Below, piece by piece: positions 25,886 through 36,109 of a stretch of 43,416 nt of DNA (position 1 is its first letter; the number at the start of each line of letters is the position of its first letter). This DNA comes from Macrostomum lignano (lineage: Eukaryota). The notes under the pieces are model-generated. The model made no database searches. It was not told the DNA's origin and saw nothing but the letters and a program-made list of their open reading frames with translations. The position numbers and the translations under genes were made by a program. The stretch spans positions 1-43,416 of the forward strand of contig NIVC01003496.1 of NCBI GenBank assembly GCA_002269645.1, read 5' to 3'.

Positions 25886-28800
25886 GTCATCGTGTAGTAT
25901 GCTTGTTGATGGAGTTCGAATTTCAAGTGGTATTAATTAAGAATGGATTTCACTTACCTTCAAGTTCTTACAAAGGCTTTACTATTGAGTTTATTCAAAA
26001 ACAACAAAAATGTGCAGATTTGCTGCCAAAAAAGAAAACGGTACCATCTATTGGTAGGGAGCTAGCTGCTAGTTAGTTAGCTAGCTCAACTGTGCCATGC
26101 ATGGCTGCAATCGGGCTAGCCCACCACAGGTTTTATGAATTTAAATCACTGCCAAAAACTGATGCCGCTATTAAAACCACAAAAAATCTGTAATAACTGA
26201 AGTAATTTTTTCAGTGTGCACAGAGTCACTTTCTTTTTTATTATGAATATCCTAAGCCCTTAGGCCTACGTAATTTTTTCAGTTAAAAAAGGTGATCAAA
26301 ATCATTAGTAATCATGCCAATGGTTCGTGTTGATCGGCATTGATACCAATGGTGTTACAACTTACTGGTGATTGTCTGATTGGAATGACACTGCCACATC
26401 TAACCTTGACTTACTTTTTCTCTGATTTACTAGGCCTATTATTTTCGACTTTCACTGATGATGCTTAAAATCTAACCAATGATTCTAGCGGTCTGTTGGC
26501 TTGGCTGTGTGGTGTTGTTGCTAGTCATTGGGACTCAGTCATGCTAAGTTGTTATTGCTAGCGATGACGATTAGACTAGTTAACTTGACTTAGGACTAAT
26601 TCAGTAGATTTGTTTGTGCATTATTTGGCTAAAAAGTAACTCATAACGAGTTATTTAGCAGAAATGCATAAATCACTATGTATGCTAGGAACTTAGTACC
26701 TACTTGCTATTGTCCTACTGATTAATTGCAAAGCTATAGGAGTAGGACGAATATTTTCTAATGTTTTGGCATTTGGAGTCTAGTTGGGCTTACTTTAGGC
26801 ATAGGGTCTATTTCTACATCATTAGTTATACATTTTTAGATATATAAGCCTATCTAATATAATATATATATATATATATTATATAAGCCTATATATAAGC
26901 CTATTAGTATTATATTAAATTATTAATTACTGTAAATTTTTAAGACTCATATGTATAATAGGCCTTAAGGCTTTAACCTAATTTAACAAGGCCTATTTTA
27001 AACTTAAATCAAAGACAACTAAAACACTTAGGTCTAGGCCTAGGTCTAGGACACAAAATAAGCCAAATCATAATAAAAAAGTTAAGTTAGAGACAGTTAA
27101 AATTGTTGGCAGCCAGTTTTTTATATATTTAATAGGTGGCATAGGCCTACATTATAATTAATGATCAGCTTAGTTGTTTAAAAGACTAAGGCCCTATTTC
27201 TATTATTTTTCCTTCAAAAGGTTTAGTAAAAAGTTCTTTCAAAGGATTTTTAATGTTTTTAAATGTTTTTTTCATTTTCTTTGACTTTTAGTAGGCCTAG
27301 TATTAGTAAATACAATAATACATTTAAGCACATGAGAGAAACACAAAGAAAAGGTTGAAACTTGGCATAAAAGTGATTATAAAAGGGAACTAAATATAAT
27401 TTAATATAAGTTAGTTTGCCAGACATATAGTATAGTATATAAAGAGTGTAGCCTACAGGGTACAGGCTATAGTGCAGTTTAGTACTACAGTCTACAATGC
27501 TATATAAGTGAATAAGTGAATGATAAATCAATTGGAAAAGAGAGTGAGAATGGGAGAAAGGGAAGAGAAATAAGGTACTTCCATTTTTCAATAAGCTTAA
27601 CCACGCAAAGTGTGCTACCCCCTCTCCCTATCTTTCAGTGTGGTGGTGCATAGGTAAGTCACAAATCTGGACAAAACTAAGTTGTACCAAATGGGTGAAA
27701 TTTTGAGGTTGGGCATATATAGACCTATTTAAGGAGAAACTCATATGAAAATCTATAATTATATAGGAAGAATTGGGGTTGGGGTATTAAATGTAGATAT
27801 ATATTTAAGCATGAAATAAATAGGCCTATGAAAAGAAAAAGTTAAAAAATCAAAAATGATGCTTAAGCAAGGCAATTTGTACTTGTAGAATAGAATATAT
27901 AAAGAATTAGTATTAAATAGAATACATTTTAGGAAGAACCCAGATAAGAAACAACTGAACTATATAATTTAGTAAGAAAATTAATAATTCCAAGGTTGAA
28001 TATTTAAAACTATACTGCAAATTCATTGGCCTCAAATCAAATCAAAACTAACATATACATCAAAAATATATAAATGGAAAAGTTTGGGTAATAAAAACTT
28101 GAATTGAAAGTGTTTTATCTACATTGAATAAAAATAGGTAGACTTTTACCAAGAATGATAGCAATCAATATATGCTAATCAATTTCTAAATCCTTGATAA
28201 CTACTTAGAATATTCCCTATTTAGTAAAGTATATACAAAATCTTGAATTAAAAATTATATATGATGCATTTATAGCTTATATTGCTTTTTAAATAGAAGA
28301 CATTTCCCTCTAAATTATTAAAAATGAAATGATTAAACTAAGTAATTTGGTCATAATAGACAAAGAAGCAAAGAAATAAAATCTCAGCATTATTTTTGGT
28401 TTTAGCATTGCCACATGCTATACTAATGCTAATGGCTATATATTAGTAGTAGCAGCACTGTGCTTGTATAGCTTAGCCTAGTCATTTCCTAGTCTGCTCA
28501 TGCGTATATATGCATATTATACACATCAATTGTGCATAATATACATATAATTAATGCATGGGAAACACATTTTGTGTCACTTTATATAAATCTGTGCGCA
28601 TATGGATACACATAAAATACACAAATGAGTTACATATAAAAATATGCACTTTATACACACCTTATATAAATAATATCCACATGTGTATTATTTGTCCATT
28701 AAATACATAACTAGAAGATAATAATTGAGGCATAGATATTCCACATCACACTTATTTTTAATAGATGGAGGCTTGCAAAATGCATGGTAAATTTCTTATA

Positions 28801-29739
28801 AGTTGATAATGATATTGGTATTGATATAAGTTGAAAACTAATAATACACTCATAGATATATTTAAATAGATGTACATATAAAAGAAACAAATTCATTCTT
28901 TTAAATTGATAAAGAACAAAACAATAGAGATATTCAGAAGTCTACTAATATGGTATAGAAAATTACAATAGACCCCTACTTTAAAGCCTTGCTATAGACC
29001 ATGATAGAAGTTTGTGGCAATACCCTGCAGCTTTAGCAGGCTGGCAAGACATGCTCTATGCATACCCACATATGATATAATGCCAAGCAAGTCTTCTAAG
29101 CAGACAATGATTGGCTTGGAAGCCATGGTAATATAATATAGATAGGAGAGCTAGTCAGACAAATCAACTGGCTTACCAAAGCCAATTGCCAACTAGGATG
29201 TTCCCACTTGCCAACAGGCTGAGATGCCAAAATGCTTTGAAAAGGGCAACCAGAGAAACACTCTAGACCAGCTAACAAAATTGTAGCAAGGACTAATTAT
29301 TGACCTATTGATTGAAACTGATTCCTCAATCATGTGTAACATGAACCCAATGGTATAAGGGTAAACCCAACTACCACTTCTCTATCTTATCTCTCTGCTT
29401 CTATTGCTGCTTTTGTGTATGAGGGTCATCCTAAAAGTTCTTTGTATCACTGAATTCCTATAAACTTCCTGAATAAAATAAAATTCTTGAACTCCTATAA
29501 ACTGGCACCAATTTTAAAGAAACTACACACAAACTTGTGCCAATATCTGCACATAACATTGAATTTTCATGAAAAAATCTCAATGCAACTAGAAATAATA
29601 AGCTGACTTGTCCAACACCTTTAAAGCAAGTGGACAGTTCTCATATTGACTTCTTAAATTGGCATAGTGCAGCTCATGTAGCATCATTGACCAGTCATGC
29701 AAGTCAGCCAGTCAGTCAAGAATAAATAATAGAATTCTT

Positions 29740-30110
29740 GTCAAGTTCATTCACTCTTGCTTGAAGGTTGATTAGAAGCCAACTTTGCAATCTGTGCCTT
29801 GCATATTTAGTTCTACTGCTAGGTTATTGGTTAACAATGCATGACCAATATTTAACATAGTTATCTCCAATTGAGATATGCCATGGCATCTCAGAGCAGC
29901 AGTGAACTACTGCTAAAATGTGCTCTCCATGCTCAGTTTCACTTCTAGGGCTTTTAGCTCTTTAATGGTGGCACATGGAAGCTAAACACTATCTGGGAAT
30001 TCAAACAAAACAGATGCTTTTTGAGATCTAAGTGTAATCTAGATCTGTTCTAGCATCTTCATTATAACTCTGCTATGGGCTCAAGGCTATCCAGTCTTTC
30101 TGTTATTGTC
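29740..30110 (-). pseudogene. Decayed DUF4806-like ORF, probably the accessory ORF of the EnSpm/CMC element
   Basis: Manual translation LPCATIKELKALEVKLSMESTF*Q*F...LLTNNLAVELNMQG..KVGF* matches the recalled DUF4806 pattern; several in-frame stops. Confidence 0.6.
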
Positions 30111-30298
30111 TCATTAATCTTGCACTGATGACTATTTGATTTGTGAACTATTTGGCTATTACCACTGCTAGAGTAGCCTGTTTCCATGTTGTTGCTAGCA
30201 ATTAGTTCAGTAACATTGCATTCTACTGGAGCAATTATGCCAGCATTGTGCCTTCTAAGAGTTCAAAGGAAAAGTATACTTCCTAACAACTATACTCA

Positions 30299-30596
30299 CA
30301 TACATGTGCAACCTCCAAAATTCGGTCAGCCGTGCGACTTAGTTTTAACAAAAATGCGACGTAGTTTTTGGCCAAAAATGCGACTTACATATAAAAAAAC
30401 CCGAAAGCAAAATTAACGCAACTTTGGGTAAACGGCAGGAGTAACTATGACTGTTTTATTAAGCTAAAATGCCTCGTCAGCTACTTAGTACTACTCTTCA
30501 GGTTATTTTTTGGGTGGGCATTTTTGCGACTTCCTTGATTGGCCGCCAAATCGGTCGGCCGGATCGGCCGACTCGGCCGACTGTTGCGCATGTATG
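30299..30596 (+). mobile_element. hAT-type MITE family A, copy 1 (298 bp), carrying a 28S rRNA fragment
   Basis: TIR CATACATG(T)GCAAC/GTTGCGCATGTATG; 8-bp TSD TATACTCA (30291-30298, 30597-30604). Confidence 0.92.
30426..30489 (+). other. 28S rRNA-derived fragment (H69-H71 region) inside MITE A copy 1; not a functional rRNA gene
   Basis: GGGTAAACGGCAGGAGTAACTATGACTG...AAATGCCTCGTCAGCTACTTAGT resembles the conserved eukaryotic LSU sequence. Confidence 0.85.
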
Positions 30597-31119
30597 TATA
30601 CTCATATTAAACTCATTGTATATTCCATATAGAATCAGTCTTGCTTAGTCAGACATTAGAATAGGGCATTGCAACAAGTAAATAAGAACATGGTCAAAAT
30701 ATTGTATTGATCACAAAATGCCTAATATAGTGCATGTATTTCTTTGATACTATTACTGTCATGGGAAATAGACCTTAGAGATTTAGTATATTGTGATTAT
30801 TCCAGTAGCCAAGGATTACAAATAAAACATTTGAAGCATTTTAGTTTTAATATTTGATTCCAGTTTAAAAATTAGAACAAAATTTAAGGAATTGCAAAAA
30901 ATAGCAGGGAAGTCAGACAAGACCTAACTTAACAATAAAATAGAATAATCTGTTTTAATAATGAAATTCAACTTCTTTAATATTGAAACTTGAACTGACT
31001 AAAATTTTGCACCAATCAATTGCAAAAATTGTGCTATATAGAGGCAAAAAAAATGTACCATTGCTGTAAAATTTGCACATTTGTGCCTCATTCGCACCAA
31101 GCACAAAATTGTGCCTCAC

Positions 31120-32700
31120 TGGGACCATTGCTCAAGAATGGAGTTGCCAATGTGATGATCCTTATTGTGCCTTTCTTGAAACAATTTGTCAGTCCTTTTT
31201 TCTATATATTTGTTATAAAAAACAACTAAATACCCCTTTAATTAACCTTTTATGCAGCAGTGTTCATACAAATGATTACCTATATTACCCTTACACTGGC
31301 CAGTGGTTCTCAACCTATAGGTTGCAACCTCAGAGACCATTTTCTAGGGATTGCAGCACTAAGAATTGTGTGAATACATCATATTTAACAGTAGGAATAC
31401 CAAGCCATTTTTCTGCCCGTCAAACTACCAAGAGGGAAGAAGGATTCCCCTCCAGACAATTTTTTGCTGCACCAGAATGGAGCAACACAGGCACATGAAA
31501 TTCAAGAACATGGGCTAACTTTTTGTTGCACACCTTCTCAAACAAGAATCAAGTCACCAGCTCTCCAGACCGTCGAGATATTCAACAATTCTGCCAGGTT
31601 AGATTTTTCCTATTAGTGCTAGTGTATTCAGTATACCCCTGTGTGCCAATCAGCACTGCACCTGAGTGCAGCCTTGCCAAGTCTCCAAATTTCATCAGCA
31701 CGTCAACCACATGTGTCCGCATCAGTTCTGACTTCGATGGTCACTGGCCTTTACCGAGATGGAGCTTCTAGACCCTCAACAGGTGGCACCAGGTGACTAT
31801 GAACAGCCTGATACAAATTTCTTGAGTTTCACTGATCAAACCTTGACAGTGGGCAAGCCTCAACTGCTAGGTATCCTCAGCTGGTCTCTCAAGCATTTAG
31901 TCTTCACCCAGACACTGTTAGCACCAAGGTGCACAATAGAAAGTTAGCCCATGTTCTTGAATTTCGTGTGCCTGCATTGCTCCATTCTGGCGCAGCAAAA
32001 AACATTGTTAGGGGGGGAATCCCCCCTCTTGGTAGTTCTACTGCTAATAATGCATTATATTGATTTATAGAAAAGGTCACAAACATTGAAAACTGATGCA
32101 AATGAATAAATTAGGGTTGTGTCAAAAAGGTTGAGAACCATTTTTTACACCTTTTTAAGAATGCCCATGCTGGCAAATCAGATATAAATATGGCATTCCC
32201 AACTCTGAAGCTAATACCATAAATACAAATGGTCCTTTGTTACATAATTGATTGTAGCTCCTCTACTAGAAAATATAGTAGTTTCTCCAAGTTTGTTGTT
32301 GCCATTCTGACATAAAAAGCTACTAGCATAGGTGTACACAAGAAGCATAGAACTCTTAATAAAACTGTCTAAGCAGTATTTGATCCTGTCATTGCTAGCT
32401 GTATGTAATCTAGATTGAATTTGAGGAGAGATTTTGCAGTCAATTTCTCTACATAATGTAAAAGGTATATACCTCTTTAAAGTGTTGACAATCCCAAAAT
32501 ATAGGCATTTCCCAATGTCTTGGTCAATTCTAACATATCTCCCTCTTTCTAGTTGACCATAGGAGTGTATCAATCTGCTTTGGCAAGAAACAAAGCATGG
32601 GCTATAGAGATGCTCCTGACAAAGAGCAAAGTTTTTCACTTTGAAGTTTCTAGAGTTATTTTTCTTTTTTGGGCATTCTGAATTAAGATGTCTCAATGGC
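31120..32700 (-). pseudogene. Decayed EnSpm/CMC (CACTA-like) transposase remnant, interrupted by an insertion
   Basis: Collinear frameshifted motifs LPKQIDTLLWSTRK, GKCLYFGIVNTLK, FISDLPAWAFLKRCK, CKGNIGNHLYEHCCIKG, RTDKLFQERHNKDHHIGNSILE match the recalled LPKDARTLL / YxHFG / FICDAPARAFLK / KGHNGYYGCERC / RTDxxF...HH series. Confidence 0.75.
31301..32143. mobile_element. Old hAT-like non-autonomous element with internal long inverted repeats, nested in the EnSpm remnant
   Basis: CAGTGGTTCTCAACCT at left, AGGTTGAGAACCA at right; transposase reading resumes on both sides; no clean TSD. Confidence 0.65.
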
Positions 32701-33017
32701 AGTAGTTTCTACCATTGTTGGCTATACTTATAAATCTGTGACAGTTTGGCAGAGCTTTAAAATCTTTTTTGTCTGTTCTAATGAGGCATGTACTGACCTT
32801 TGCTAATTTTGGCTAAATAATAAGTTTTTTATTTATATTTGTAGTGATGACTAACATTGGATAACCAATCGTTTTATAGCTATCATCAAAGTCAATAGAG
32901 TCATCAATGATGTCATAGTTGACAATTGTGAATTATTTCTAAACTCAAAGCCATCTAGGCTTCTCAATAAAGAGACTGAATTTACCTGTAGAAAAAAGGA
33001 TTTTATGGTTGCACTGC

Positions 33018-33314
33018 CATACATGCGCAACAGTCGGCCGAGTCGGCCGATCCGGCCGACTGATTTGGCAGCCAACCAAGGAAGTCGCAAAAATGCCCAC
33101 CCAAAAAATACCCACGCAGTAGTACTAAGTAGCTGACGAGGCATTTTTGCCTGATAAGACAGTCATAGTTACTCCCGCCGTTTACCCAAAGTTGCGTTAA
33201 TTTTGCTTTAGGGTTTTTTTACATGTAAGTCGCATTTTTGGCCAAAAACTACGTCGCATTTTTGTTAAAACTAAGTCGCACGGCCGACCGAATTTTGGAC
33301 GTTGCGCATGTATG
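33018..33314 (-). mobile_element. hAT-type MITE family A, copy 2 (297 bp), inverted relative to copy 1
   Basis: Perfect 14-bp TIR CATACATGCGCAAC; 8-bp TSD TGCACTGC (33010-33017, 33315-33322); collinear with copy 1. Confidence 0.94.
33124..33187 (-). other. 28S rRNA-derived fragment inside MITE A copy 2
   Basis: 53/64 ungapped identity to the LSU consensus as I recall it; first 27 nt identical. Confidence 0.88.
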
Positions 33315-33523
33315 TGCACTGCAATATATTCTTCCCAAGTTGCAGGTTCATGGCATGTTGTAATACAATAATGATACATTTAGCAATGTTTATAATAAAC
33401 ACAGGTTTAAGACCTATCTTATAAGTAGAGTAAACTATCAACACAGTGAGGGATGTTTATAGCTAAATGAAGGGTTTTACACCTAGAGCAAAGAATTGTC
33501 CCTTTACAACTAACAAGTCTAGT

Positions 33524-33695
33524 CATCCATGCGCAACCTTGGAAATCACTTGGCTGTTTCTATTGGCAACACACACACATAAGTCGCTATTGGCTGAGAG
33601 CAGTCGCGTGACTACTATTCCGTCCAATAGTGACTTACATGTGTGTGTTGCCAATAGAAATGGCCAGGTAAATCCCTAGGTTATGCCCAAGCATG
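33524..33695 (+). mobile_element. hAT-type foldback MITE family B, copy 1 (172 bp)
   Basis: Terminus CATCCATGCGCAACC related to family A; 8-bp TSD AGTCTAGT (33516-33523, 33696-33703); internally near-palindromic. Confidence 0.9.
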
Positions 33696-33920
33696 AGTCT
33701 AGTAGTTAGTAGAGTTGCAGTTGATATAGTCTCAGGGTAGCACCAGGCTCCTTTCATTAGCTGCAGTTTTTCTCACTCAGCTGCATGTGCTCTGACTTTG
33801 GCACTTATATATGTTCATTTCACTTTGGCTTGCTATATTTTATAAAATCAATTTATTGTAGACTTTAAAAAAACAAACTTTAATGCTGACTGCAGCACAG
33901 TCCCAAAGACCAGGCTAGAA

Positions 33921-34001
33921 ATGGATGGAGATTTTGAACACTCGCCTGCTCCAGCAGCTCCAAGCTCTGCTAAAGAGGAACCCATTGATAATGTTACCCA
34001 T
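33921..34001 (+). CDS. Uncharacterised low-complexity protein, putative exon 1 (MDGDFEHSPAP...)
   Basis: ATG, 27 codons, CAT|GTAAGA donor in phase 0. Confidence 0.55.
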
Positions 34002-34122
34002 GTAAGAGATTTTATTTTATTAGAATATTTGTAGGCTACATGTAGTATGCGTTAGTTTTCTTATGCATAAATATGTAAAGTAAGAAAATTCATGTCGTTC
34101 TTGCACTGGCTGTGGCCTGCAG

Positions 34123-34284
34123 AAGCTTGATCAGCTGTCGATGGCGACCTCGCCTAGCAATGGGGGCGGCGGCGACCACCGTGACTCCAACAAATTGGTG
34201 ACAACTCAACCGACTGAGAAATCCAATGAATCTGCGGCTGATCAGCACCAGTCTAAGCCAAGAATGTCTTACCCTGGCAGATCG
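34123..34284 (+). CDS. Uncharacterised low-complexity protein, putative exon 2
   Basis: cctgcag acceptor, open phase-0 frame KLDQLSMATSPSNGGGG..., TCG|GTGAGT donor. Confidence 0.6.
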
Positions 34285-34389
34285 GTGAGTGTGTTCGTGT
34301 CTCTAACCTTCAATGTGCAGCTCATCTCTCCAACGCACCCCTGAACGCCCTCCCCAGCTTTCTCTAATCCCTGACGTCCACCCCATCTA

Positions 34390-34705
34390 TCAAACCACAC
34401 ACTCCCACCCTATCTCTCTCCAACCCCAGTCGTCCACCTTATCTCCAACCCCCCATCTCTTTCCAACCCCACACGCCCACCCCATCTCTCTCTCCAACCC
34501 CACATGCCCACCCCATCTCTCTCCAACCCCACACCCCCACTCCATCTCTAATCCCACACCCCCACTCCATCTCCAATCCCACACCCCCACTCCATCTCCA
34601 ATCCCACACGCCCACCCCATATGCCCACCCCATCTCTCTCCAACCCCACACCCCCACTCCATCTCCAATCCCACACGCTCACCCCATCTCTATCCAACCG
34701 CACAC
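34390..34705. repeat. ~25-bp C-rich minisatellite CCCACTCCATCTCCAATCCCACACC (intronic)
   Basis: Direct inspection. Confidence 0.88.
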
Positions 34706-34743
34706 GCCAACTATAAAAGCAACGCATCATTCCCACCCAACAG

Positions 34744-35066
34744 TCGGATCAATTTTCCGTCCGGGGTGGCGGAGGCGGCGGAGCCAGGCCATCAAACAGC
34801 TTCCAAGGTCCTCGCAGCGGCCGTCGCTGCACCAACCCGGTCAGCAATACCCACAATCGCAGCCGCCTCCTCACTACGCTCCACACATGGCTTTCAAGGG
34901 CAATGGCTGGAAGCAGCAGCAGGCTGTTTACTATGGAAACGGCGGCGATCGCTATGCCGGCTATCAGAGGCAGCCGCCTACTCTGCCTGGCCCGCCGCCG
35001 CCTCCGACTGGTCACAATGGCTACGGACCCTTCAGTGGCCACGTCGATGGGACTGTGCCGCAGCAG
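34744..35066 (+). CDS. Putative exon 3, Gly/Pro/Gln/Tyr-rich; apparent 1-nt frameshift near 34812
   Basis: caacag acceptor, CAG|GTGAGC donor; VRGGGGGGARP in the entry frame, QPGQQYPQSQPPPHY...PGPPPPP in the shifted frame. Confidence 0.55.
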
Positions 35067-35329
35067 GTGAGCATTTGTGTAAATCAATACCTAAAATTCC
35101 ATAAAGCCCCTAGTACATTGATTGATTTATTAGTGTCTGTCATAACTGTAAATATTCTCATTCTGTCTCCAATTTTTGAAATGTTAGTCACAACAACAAA
35201 TTGGCCATCTTATAAAGCTAAAATATTAACAATATCCAGACGCCTGTCTGTATCTGGGGGTGAGTTGTCTCGCGGACTTATGAAGTCAGAGACCATCGTC
35301 TGCGATTGAATAATTCGTTATTTATTAGA

Positions 35330-35590
35330 CTTTCTTATGGATCTCATCAATCTATCCTATGGATCTCATCAATCTATCTTGTAGATCTCATCAGTGTCAT
35401 GGATCTCATCAATCTATATTATGATTCTCATCAATCTATTTTTTGGATCGCATCATTCTCTCTTATGGATCTCATCAATCTATCCTATGGATCTCATCAA
35501 TCTCATGGATCTCATCAATCTCATGAATCCAATTTCTCTATCTTATGAATCTCATCAATCTATCTCATAGGCCTCATGGTTCTCATAGAT
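35330..35590. repeat. Degenerate GGATCTCATCAATCT repeat
   Basis: Direct inspection. Confidence 0.8.
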
Positions 35591-35879
35591 CTACCTCCTT
35601 GTCTCATTCTTATTGATATCTTAGTCTTATCTGCTTCAAATTGGAAAGGCTAAAACTTATCTTACTTTCGCTTGCTTTTATATAGGATCTCACTATATAC
35701 TTACTAATCACTAGTAGTCTGGGTGGCGTTTTTTAGACTTATCAAAAATTTTTCTCGCAAAATCTAGGCTTAAGCAAACGTTGATCTGCTGGTTTTAACT
35801 AGATTTCATCAGAGATGGCAGTAGCAAACACACTGGTTGCAGAGTTGCACTCGTGCTTGCACCTGGCTTTTATACTCCT

Positions 35880-36054
35880 CATGCTTGGCGCAACCTAGAG
35901 ATTCACCCGGCCGTTTCTATTGGCAACACACACACACACGTAAGTCGCTATTGGACAGAATAGTAGTCACGTGACTGCTCTCAGCCAATAGCGACTTACA
36001 TGTGTTTGTTGCCAATAGAAACGGCTGAGTGATTCCCAAGGTTGCGCATGTATG
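35880..36054 (-). mobile_element. hAT-type foldback MITE family B, copy 2 (175 bp)
   Basis: Terminus GTTGCGCATGTATG identical to family A TIR; 8-bp TSD ATACTCCT (35872-35879, 36055-36062); reverse complement aligns to copy 1. Confidence 0.92.
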
Positions 36055-36109
36055 ATACTCCTGCATTAAAATCCCCATTTAATGGTCTTAACTTGGCACC
36101 ACTTCTCCA

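Noticed and set aside
30426-30489. Functional rRNA gene or group I intron/R2 insertion site
   Set aside because: Only ~64-80 nt of homology, embedded in a TSD-flanked MITE, with no flanking rDNA.
31020-31125. Further insertion in the EnSpm remnant ending ...GCCTCACTG
   Set aside because: Could not locate the other terminus or a TSD, so it is not called as an element.
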